Virus record (IMG/VR): IMGVR_UViG_3300005747_000147
From: an uncultured virus (IMG/VR IMGVR_UViG_3300005747_000147)
Taxonomy: Duplodnaviria > Heunggongvirae > Uroviricota > Caudoviricetes
Strand: one strand, 5' to 3'
Length of the DNA: 64,000 nt
The notes beneath the pieces were generated by a model. The model made no database searches, was not told the DNA's origin, and saw only the letters and a program-made list of their open reading frames with translations. Position numbers and translations under genes: made by a program. Shown here one piece after another: positions 56,461-64,000 of the stretch (its first letter is position 1; every line of letters starts with the position of its first letter).

Positions 56461-57798
56461 TCACTGTATGTTTGTTATTTTTCCTTGTCCTTTGAAGAAT
56501 GAACAACCAACTTCACCAATTGTTCGGTAAAGCGCACGATTGCCCAATGTCCCTACACCAAATGGATTTCCGTTTGCGATACCATCCTCAAAGTATTGAG
56601 TTGGTTTCATAACGGACAACCAAAGGTGGTCTGTATCAAGGAAAAGCATATCACTTAGTTTGGATGAAGCCGCACCAGTAGCGGTCATATCCTTAACAGG
56701 AATCAAAGGAATATCGTAGTATGTTGCTACTCTAAATCCAACTTCTTGACCCTTTGTTCCTCTTACACCATTAACGGTAGGAACAATCTCTTTTCTATCC
56801 ATAAAGCGTTCTTGGCTTTGTAATAGGTCAGCAAGGGCTTGAATAGTGTCATATCCAGTAAGAATAACCTTTGGAGAGCCACCTGCAAGTCGCAAGTTGC
56901 GAATCATGTTGTTTAGAAGAGTTAAAGTCAAAGAACGAACATTACCTGCGGTATAGTCTGTTCCGAAATCAACCTCTGCATCAAGGAAAGAAGCGGCAGT
57001 AAATCGCTCACTACCGTAAATTTTTCCTAATGCGTTTGAAGCAGTAGTAGTATCAGTAGCAAGAACCCCACCATCAATTAAGAGTAATTCTGCTCTTGAT
57101 GTAATAACCTTCAACAATGATGAATAGTTGTTACCAATGTTAGGCATAGCGGAAGATTCACCGTAATGTTCTAATGGCATAACTAGCATCTTGTTTTGGA
57201 CTTCAGCGTGGTGCTTACCCATGTCTTCACGCATTTGCGCTCGAATATCTCCGATTCCATCGTCAATTTGAGCCATTTCCATAGCCAATTCACTGAAATC
57301 GAATTGATGTGCAACAACTTTTGGACTCATGTTTAATTGAGCATAAGTTGGAGCAATTGGGCCTAATCCATCTGCGGCAGTTGAAAGACCGGCATTTTCA
57401 GGAACACCACCAATCATATCTGCTCTTGGTGAATCCGAACCTAATTCAGCAAGGTTCTCTGTTCCGCTTGCATCAACGGTAAATAGATTTCCACTTCCAC
57501 CCGCAGGTCGGCTCTTTAATACTCTCCAACCACTTGAAGAATAAGGTCGCTTTGCAATCATTGAAAGTGCATTGACTTCTCGGTTTAGCATAGACCAAAC
57601 CTTTTGTCCGTAAACGATGTTGTATAATGCTGAAACATCGGAAACTCCACTACCGGACAATGATGGAGAACCATCGTGTCCTGTGTGAATACCACCAACC
57701 ATACCGGCTTGCTTCAATAAAGCATTACCGGCAGGTAGATTGTTAATTCCGTATGTTTGCGCTTCTAAGTCTCTAATTGTGTTAATATATCCTGTCAT
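56461..57798 (-). CDS. major capsid protein (HK97 fold)
   Basis: 445 aa directly after the protease; E-loop and backbone-helix pattern (PKVVAHQFDFSELA...MGKHHAEVQNKML), IPLIP, LFLDTDHL. Confidence 0.85.
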   Translation of the reverse strand: MTGYINTIRDLEAQTYGINNLPAGNALLKQAGMVGGIHTGHDGSPSLSGSGVSDVSALYNIVYGQKVWSMLNREVNALSMIAKRPYSSSGWRVLKSRPAGGSGNLFTVDASGTENLAELGSDSPRADMIGGVPENAGLSTAADGLGPIAPTYAQLNMSPKVVAHQFDFSELAMEMAQIDDGIGDIRAQMREDMGKHHAEVQNKMLVMPLEHYGESSAMPNIGNNYSSLLKVITSRAELLLIDGGVLATDTTTASNALGKIYGSERFTAASFLDAEVDFGTDYTAGNVRSLTLTLLNNMIRNLRLAGGSPKVILTGYDTIQALADLLQSQERFMDRKEIVPTVNGVRGTKGQEVGFRVATYYDIPLIPVKDMTATGAASSKLSDMLFLDTDHLWLSVMKPTQYFEDGIANGNPFGVGTLGNRALYRTIGEVGCSFFKGQGKITNIQ

Positions 57799-57810
57799 TT
57801 TAAATCACCT

Positions 57811-59034
57811 TCAAATGTTGTTCACCATCTTATGAATATCCGACCACTCCATTTCTGAAATGTCTTCTAATGATGGGAGTGTAACTGTTGCTTCTTTTTG
57901 AGCCTTAATGATTGAATCCTTCTCAGCGGTCAAAGACTTTCGCAATTGCGTAAATTCTTCCTTTAGAGAAGAAATTTCACTTGCAGCGTCATATTGAGAC
58001 TTTGCGAGAATGTTTTCACGGTTTGCTCTTTCGGAGTTAAATCGTGTTTCAAAAGACTTTCGTAGATTGTCGTAAGCAAGTGCTTCGAGTTGTTCTTCAC
58101 GGAAAGCGGCGTAAGCCTTTTCAATGTTTGAATTACTCAAATCAAGAGAATCAAATTCATTGTTACTGAATGCTTTAACAACAGGCATATCCGAAGAAGT
58201 CGGCTTACCATTGTTAATTACGATTCGGTCAGCAGGTTCACCAATTTGGTTTCCTGCGCCATCAAGAGTACGAAGGTATGCTTTGTCTGCTTCTTCATAA
58301 GAAGAGTATTCTGCATTTTCTTCTTGTTCTTCCATCTTTTCATCATCCATATCCATGTCTTCTTCATCAGCCATTTCTGCGGTTTCTGACATAGAAGCCC
58401 TTTCCATCATGTTTTCATCCTCTTCTTCCTCTTTGCGAAGCATATTAACTTCTTCCAAAAGGGTGTCCAATTCGCTCAGTGCCTTTTCTAGTTTTTCACT
58501 CATTTTTTCACTTCCTATATCTTGTTTTAAAATATCGAATTTCGCTTCGGGATTTATGCCTTTTTCACATATTGTTACTTCATGGAGTTCTAACTTACTT
58601 ATTTCGTTATATTCCCCTAATTCATTGTGGCTTTTCTTTACTTTTTGTAATGCTTGTCCACCAATACTAAATGACCTTAATGACCCTTTGCGAATGTTTC
58701 TTCCTACTTCCTTTGCTTTTTCAATGTCATCTCTTAGTTTAATCACTACAAAGAATCCCACATCATCTACTTCGGATTTCCATAATTTTCCAGTTTTATC
58801 TCTATATGAATCTACGACTTCTCCAACTTGAACATTTGAATGATTAGTCATTACATTTCTAAACTTTGAATCTCCCATGAATTTTTTAACTGATTCTTGT
58901 AATGCTTTTAATGTAATCAAATCGTTTTGTTTATCTACAATTTCAATGCTCGCATATCCACCAATCATTAAATCGTCGTTGCTTTTGAGAATGTTGAACT
59001 CATCATTCCTTGTAGCCATGACGCTTATACTCAT
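57811..59034 (-). CDS. prohead protease fused to an acidic scaffolding domain
   Basis: IGGYAS...VDKQNDLI...NH...VG...SFSIGG...LHEVTIC...NPEA, then an acidic coiled-coil tail. Confidence 0.9.
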   Translation of the reverse strand: MSISVMATRNDEFNILKSNDDLMIGGYASIEIVDKQNDLITLKALQESVKKFMGDSKFRNVMTNHSNVQVGEVVDSYRDKTGKLWKSEVDDVGFFVVIKLRDDIEKAKEVGRNIRKGSLRSFSIGGQALQKVKKSHNELGEYNEISKLELHEVTICEKGINPEAKFDILKQDIGSEKMSEKLEKALSELDTLLEEVNMLRKEEEEDENMMERASMSETAEMADEEDMDMDDEKMEEQEENAEYSSYEEADKAYLRTLDGAGNQIGEPADRIVINNGKPTSSDMPVVKAFSNNEFDSLDLSNSNIEKAYAAFREEQLEALAYDNLRKSFETRFNSERANRENILAKSQYDAASEISSLKEEFTQLRKSLTAEKDSIIKAQKEATVTLPSLEDISEMEWSDIHKMVNNI

Positions 59035-59063
59035 GTTGCTCAAACCTTCCTATTGTCTTTGAG

Positions 59064-59072
59064 TATATAATA
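59064..59072 (-). promoter_or_regulatory. TATA box upstream of the protease/MCP operon
   Basis: TATTATATA on the - strand, about 30 nt upstream of ATG 59034. Confidence 0.45.
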
Positions 59073-59081
59073 GACACGGCT

Positions 59082-61604
59082 CTATTTAGTAGGGAGGGTC
59101 AATTCTTTATACCTATCCTCATAGATATTCCACACTCCCCCATCCGATTCATCATCAGCAGGAGTTTGTTTATATCCCGACCATGCTAGCCACATTTCCT
59201 TGTTATCTACTTTAAGCCTTCTAATATTAAACTTAGTTTCAAACTTATTCCCTTCTAAGAAATATTCGTGATAACCATGCTTTTGTATTCCTAATCTTAT
59301 GCTACCTTCATCTAGAAGTTTTCTCTTAGAAATGTTATTAGCAATCATAGCAGGGAATTTTCCGGCTTTACCAAACAACTCAAATATATCGCCATCATCT
59401 TCTAAATCAATAAGCCAATTCAATGTTTCGTCTTTAAGTTTAATAACTAAGTTTAAATTATCATCATCTCTAAGATATAACTTAAACTTACCATCTCTGT
59501 ATTCCTTTGGGGTTTTATATTCCTTAAGAATATTTTCTTCTTGTAGTATTTTATCATCTTCCGAATAAAGTTTATTGGTCTTTTCATCATATGAAATGCC
59601 ATCTCTTTGCTTCATCCAGTCTTTAAGTTTATCTAATTTACTTTCTAGAATATCTTCGTATAAATCCTTGTGGTTCTTAACTAAGAAGTTATGTAGTGCT
59701 TTGATAGTTTGTGGGCCTTTCGTTTTCATAAACTGAAAACCTGCCACTGTTAAACGAGATTGCTTGGTTTTCATAATTTCTTCCGCTTGGTGTTTCCATA
59801 AATCCAAATCTACTAAAGCGTTTTTAGCCATCAAATTGTCTTCCTCGAAACCATAGATAGTAAACCCATCCATGTCTCCTTTAATTAGAATAGAGGCTTC
59901 TCCGTGAATATGGTCGGTTATTGTAATCCCTTTTTTAAGGGCTTCAACATTATAATTTAATGATTTTTCTCCGTCATTGGATAGCATCTCAAGAGTAATC
60001 AATTTGTCGGGGTGTCTTGCTTCGGGTAATTCTATAACCTTAGCGGAGTGAACGCTGTATATGTCGCCCTTCTTCTTAACATGGTCTATTTTTACTCTCA
60101 CTATGCTTCCTAAGTCAGCACTGATTTTAGTGTTAAGAGCCTTACCAACAAGCATATAGGTTTTACCTTCTATTTCTTGATAGTGTTTTCCTTCTCCTTC
60201 TGTTGGCCCTGCACCCAAAGAATAAGCGTAATTACCACCAGATGATTTCTTATCAAGAACAATCAAATCTAAATCAACAAAACTCTTCCATTTAATCCAT
60301 TTAGGGTTTTTCTTAGTCCCAACATAGTAAGTAGATGTAGAGTCTTTAATGACCACTCCCTCTGCTGTCGGCATTTCCATTATTGCCCTAGAGTATTCTT
60401 CAATATCTTTAATAGAATCTGCTAAACGAGTATCTTTCTTAGAAGGGAAAGTTAAATCTTCACTTGAATGAATAGAGTAATTATTAAACATTAATTGCAT
60501 TCGCTGAGTTAAAGTATCTTCTAGTAGCGATTTTTCATTATGTCTTAGTAAATCAAACATGTGCATTCTCAATCTACCGTCTGGATTTTTATCATTAAAA
60601 ACATGAGAAATAGTTTCTGCTCTATCAAGTGCTTCATCCCCCTTAAACAATAACAAAGAACCATCTAAAATACAATCACCGAAGTGTTTCTTTTCTAATT
60701 CTTCTACTTGTTTTTTACACTTAGAAGTAATGTCTTTACCATCAAAAGAGAACACTTTAACCTTCTTATCTATTTTTTGCATTTGAATACGAAGCCCGTC
60801 ATATTTTTCTTGAACATAATATTCGCCACTAAAACCTTTAAGTTCTTTAATATCATCTATTTCAAAAATACGATACATTGGTTTATTAGGAACGATAAAA
60901 TCAGACTGAGATTTCTCTTCACTAGATTTCTTTTCTTCGGCTTTCTTAACAGGCAAGCCCTCAATTTCTTCTAATTCACTCCATTCACCCTTATCATTCT
61001 TAGATAAGAATATTAACTCTAATAGATTCATCGCTGCCTTCACTTTAGATTTGACTTTGTTTGAGTCTTTTCCATCCCCATAATGTTCTATAATATACAG
61101 GTCTATGTCATCCGATTCTAGGTCAAGACCCTTAAGACCCTCCGTAATATCGTCGGGTTCGATGTCTTTAACAGCGTAAATGTCTGGAGATAGTGCTTTA
61201 CTGTCTTCTCTAATAGCATAGTGAACGAATTTAACCATGTTACCCGTTGAAGATAACAATGCTTCTAAGACTTCACCTTTGAATCTTTTAGCGAAAGGGT
61301 CATCTATGGATTCGGAAGAATAGCGAAGTTTCTTTATTCCTTCAAATACCTTTTCAGCATTTTGTGATTGTGGGTCTTTAACATCGTCTGCTTCTAAATC
61401 AGAAATCTCAATAAAGTTCTTTAACTCATTTGAAAGTTGATTATTGTTTTCATAGGCTTCTGTAATACCATCTATTGCACTACGCCACTTTGCCCCGTAT
61501 TCTTTAGGGTCTGTGCGAGCAGATAGATAAGCCACTCTTACTTTTTCAAATAAGCGAACAATTTCATCCGATGTGGACTTATCCTTTTCAAGAAGATAAG
61601 CCAT
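59082..61604 (-). CDS. multidomain protein with an ATP-dependent ligase core (second ligase)
   Basis: Motif I QEKYDGLR, ILDG, MFDLL, EGVVIK, WIKWK, OB-like region; long N- and C-terminal extensions. Confidence 0.85.
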   Translation of the reverse strand: MAYLLEKDKSTSDEIVRLFEKVRVAYLSARTDPKEYGAKWRSAIDGITEAYENNNQLSNELKNFIEISDLEADDVKDPQSQNAEKVFEGIKKLRYSSESIDDPFAKRFKGEVLEALLSSTGNMVKFVHYAIREDSKALSPDIYAVKDIEPDDITEGLKGLDLESDDIDLYIIEHYGDGKDSNKVKSKVKAAMNLLELIFLSKNDKGEWSELEEIEGLPVKKAEEKKSSEEKSQSDFIVPNKPMYRIFEIDDIKELKGFSGEYYVQEKYDGLRIQMQKIDKKVKVFSFDGKDITSKCKKQVEELEKKHFGDCILDGSLLLFKGDEALDRAETISHVFNDKNPDGRLRMHMFDLLRHNEKSLLEDTLTQRMQLMFNNYSIHSSEDLTFPSKKDTRLADSIKDIEEYSRAIMEMPTAEGVVIKDSTSTYYVGTKKNPKWIKWKSFVDLDLIVLDKKSSGGNYAYSLGAGPTEGEGKHYQEIEGKTYMLVGKALNTKISADLGSIVRVKIDHVKKKGDIYSVHSAKVIELPEARHPDKLITLEMLSNDGEKSLNYNVEALKKGITITDHIHGEASILIKGDMDGFTIYGFEEDNLMAKNALVDLDLWKHQAEEIMKTKQSRLTVAGFQFMKTKGPQTIKALHNFLVKNHKDLYEDILESKLDKLKDWMKQRDGISYDEKTNKLYSEDDKILQEENILKEYKTPKEYRDGKFKLYLRDDDNLNLVIKLKDETLNWLIDLEDDGDIFELFGKAGKFPAMIANNISKRKLLDEGSIRLGIQKHGYHEYFLEGNKFETKFNIRRLKVDNKEMWLAWSGYKQTPADDESDGGVWNIYEDRYKELTLPTK

Positions 61605-61613
61605 TTATTTCAC

Positions 61614-62249
61614 CTATGAACTTCTACCGAAATACATGGTTAATTCTTTTAAATCATCCACTATTTCTTTCATATCGCTTTCCATTTTACCTTGTTTGCT
61701 CAAAGGAGAAGTTAAATACTCTGAAGTAATTTTCTTCATAGCGGCTTCTAATGCAGTAAAAGTTTCATTTGCCATTTGTTGCTGCTCTTCTGTAAATTCG
61801 ACATCTCTATCATCTTTCTTAAAGTCACCAAATCCACCTTTGCTTTTAGCAAGCATATTCATTTGTTTGGTTAATTCTCTATAAGCAACCTTTACTTGAA
61901 GTTGTGTTTGTTTTAGTTCTTTTGTTTCTTCTTCGTTTAAAACGCCCTTAGCGAGTTGTTTTTCAATTTCTCTATCTTTTTGAAGAACGAATGCTCTTGC
62001 CATACGAATAGATTTTACCGATTCTGTCTTTCCTTTCTTAATTTTACCACTTGTAAACTCTTCTCCACCGGCATTAGCATGAACCTTGTCTTGCTTAATA
62101 CCATGCTTAGATGCTTTAGCCTTTGGTCGTTTAACCTTTTCAATAATAGGCTTAGTGTCTTCACCATCTCGTAGTGCTTCTAATGTTTCTCTTGCTTTAA
62201 GAATTGCTAATTCGATTATTTTTTCTTCTCTTGTTACTTTTTCCGGCAT
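61614..62249 (-). CDS. hypothetical head-cluster protein
   Basis: 211 aa, helical and charged. Confidence 0.65.
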   Translation of the reverse strand: MPEKVTREEKIIELAILKARETLEALRDGEDTKPIIEKVKRPKAKASKHGIKQDKVHANAGGEEFTSGKIKKGKTESVKSIRMARAFVLQKDREIEKQLAKGVLNEEETKELKQTQLQVKVAYRELTKQMNMLAKSKGGFGDFKKDDRDVEFTEEQQQMANETFTALEAAMKKITSEYLTSPLSKQGKMESDMKEIVDDLKELTMYFGRSS

Positions 62250-62488
62250 TATTGTCCACCTACCTTTTCGACCATTTTATGAATGTCAGACCAGTCCATA
62301 CTTCCAACATCTCCCATAGGAGAAGAAATACCGCTACCATTATTCATGTTTGGGCTTGGACTTTGAGAAACAACTAAACCGGACTTCATCAATAGATTAT
62401 CCTGATGATATACTGTTTTTTCTAGATTTTCAATCTTTTCTGTTAAAGCCTTAAGAATGGCTAATAACTCTTCATTTTGTTCTGTCAT
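62249..62488 (-). CDS. small head protein sharing the scaffold C-terminal motif
   Basis: N-terminal coiled coil; ends MDWSDIHKMVEKVGGQ. Confidence 0.7.
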   Translation of the reverse strand: MTEQNEELLAILKALTEKIENLEKTVYHQDNLLMKSGLVVSQSPSPNMNNGSGISSPMGDVGSMDWSDIHKMVEKVGGQ

Positions 62489-62859
62489 TTTTCATCACCT
62501 TTTTTCTTTGGATAAACTAAATCTCTTAATTGCCGATACAGCAACTCGTAGTCCTTACGAAGTTCAGTAGCGGAAGCCACTATGTCAATGTTCCTATCAT
62601 CCATTGACTTCATTTTTTTCTTGAGTTTATTATCGGACTTAACTAGGTCTAAGTCCTTAAGAACATCAATTAACTCACCCATTTGAGTAAAGTCCTTTCC
62701 GAAAAATTCTGTCGGTTGTGCCGATTGTAGAACCTTTTTAAGACGCTTTCTTTGTTTAGCATCTAATCCGTCAAGCAGTTTTTTTGGCGTGTCTTTCTTA
62801 TCCTCTTTGAGAATAATTTCTTTTCCTTCTTCGTAAAAATCCCATGTCATTGTGTTCAA
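62485..62859 (-). CDS. hypothetical head-cluster protein
   Basis: 124 aa, charged and helical. Confidence 0.65.
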   Translation of the reverse strand: MNTMTWDFYEEGKEIILKEDKKDTPKKLLDGLDAKQRKRLKKVLQSAQPTEFFGKDFTQMGELIDVLKDLDLVKSDNKLKKKMKSMDDRNIDIVASATELRKDYELLYRQLRDLVYPKKKGDEK

Positions 62860-63998
62860 CCCTTTATTTTTTCATTCAAATCTTTTAGTCTCTTCCCTTC
62901 TTCTTTTGAATGCTCTTTCCAAGAAGTAATAAAGTCTTCTAAGTCATCATCATCTAAGTCTATTACTTTTTCATATTTCTTTTCCAAATACTTAGCAATA
63001 TCAGCAATTGAAGATATTTTTTTCCCTTCATCATCAAAAATAGGATTGGCTCTAAAACTTTGAGTCAAAACATCTAGCATCTTTGGCTTTTCTTTAATTT
63101 TTTCGCCTGTCATTTTTGCTCTTTTAATCTCAAAGAATTGTTGTAGCAAAGAAACTTCTTCTCTTTCTTGAGTAGCAGTTTTTAGGAATTCTTCTATTTG
63201 TTTACTCTTCGCATATAGTCTTCTACCTTTAGTTTCAAGGGCTTTAATATCGGCATATAAATCCTCAACAGCGATAACTTTATTGTCATCAAATGCGTCA
63301 AACAATACATCAAACTCAAATTCCCTCATTCTGCCAATAAATTCTTCTCCTAACGATTCAAAATCTAAGTCTATTTCTTTAATAAACTCATTATAGTCTT
63401 TATTTTTTTCCGTTCTAATATTATATTTACTTAACATTTCTTCTTCTTTAAATTTCTGTAACAATTCTATTACCGCATTTTCTAAATCTCGTTTAGCAAG
63501 TAAAGCCTTTTTGACTCTTTTTATAAGACCGCCATATGGCCGTATAGGTTCATTTGAAATCACTCTACCTGAACGGTCAGTTTTTCTACCCCCCATAAAG
63601 TCTTTTCTTTTTTGTGGTGGTCTAAGAGATATAGGAACAGTTTTATCCCCTTTGTATGGTTCAAAACTTTCTGGTATTACTTGTTTAATTTTTTGTTTAG
63701 CAGATTGATATTTTTTCTTCATAATATTCATTTCATAAATAAATTCTGAGATTCTTTCAAACTCAGTAACATATTCTTTATTTTTCCCGAAACCACCTAC
63801 TATTTTATCTAATAACTTATTTGTTTCAGATAGCATTTCTTTATTTTCAGAATACTCCTTTAGTTCTTCTTCTGTAATAGCAATCATTCTTTTTTCATCT
63901 GCCGCCCAAGCAGAATCAATTGCTTCTTGTAACAATTTACCATGAGACTTACCAAACACTGTAAAATCCACATTCTTGCCGATAACTGTTTGAAACAT
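62856..63998 (-). CDS. hypothetical protein, probably 5'-truncated by the window edge
   Basis: Charged helical ORF running up to the window end. Confidence 0.65.
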   Translation of the reverse strand: MFQTVIGKNVDFTVFGKSHGKLLQEAIDSAWAADEKRMIAITEEELKEYSENKEMLSETNKLLDKIVGGFGKNKEYVTEFERISEFIYEMNIMKKKYQSAKQKIKQVIPESFEPYKGDKTVPISLRPPQKRKDFMGGRKTDRSGRVISNEPIRPYGGLIKRVKKALLAKRDLENAVIELLQKFKEEEMLSKYNIRTEKNKDYNEFIKEIDLDFESLGEEFIGRMREFEFDVLFDAFDDNKVIAVEDLYADIKALETKGRRLYAKSKQIEEFLKTATQEREEVSLLQQFFEIKRAKMTGEKIKEKPKMLDVLTQSFRANPIFDDEGKKISSIADIAKYLEKKYEKVIDLDDDDLEDFITSWKEHSKEEGKRLKDLNEKIKG

Positions 63999-64000
63999 GT

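Noticed and set aside
62249..62488. C-terminal VGGQ as a second Ubl precursor
   Set aside because: The protein is coiled-coil/disordered rather than beta-grasp, and its terminus is explained by the scaffold-like motif.
1..64000. Stop-codon reassignment or an alternative genetic code
   Set aside because: Conserved genes are full length under code 11 and coding density is high.

Overview
This window is an AT-rich, gene-dense segment of a tailed dsDNA virus (Caudoviricetes) that infects an archaeon. The gene set is archaeal-type: split PolB, PCNA, RFC, RPA, AEP primase, XPF, MCM-like ATPase and TFB, plus GroEL/GroES, a class II RNR and GAGGTGA Shine-Dalgarno sites. That combination best matches the magroviruses of marine group II Euryarchaeota (Poseidoniales). 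This assignment is by recognition, not by a search. Two convergent arms meet at a tRNA-Arg(TCT): + strand 1-31 kb carries early, host-takeover and replication genes, and - strand 31-64 kb carries siphovirus-type tail, neck, capsid and head-maturation genes. No portal or terminase is visible. Most unusual content: (1) an apparently complete virus-encoded ubiquitin-like conjugation system (ThiS/SAMP-like modifier ending in GG, E1/ThiF, a protein with an E2-like GxICID motif, and a JAB/JAMM protease) interleaved with TFB and a Myb-repeat protein; (2) an Arf/Sar1-like small GTPase with membrane proteins in the late operon, a candidate egress or membrane-remodelling module; (3) two histone-fold proteins; (4) a second ATP-dependent ligase in the head-maturation cluster. 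Also seen: a split PolB with an HNH insertion flanked by a direct repeat, a -1 frameshift site in the tail chaperone, and a C-terminal motif shared by the scaffold and a small head protein. All calls come from motif reading; no database searches were run.
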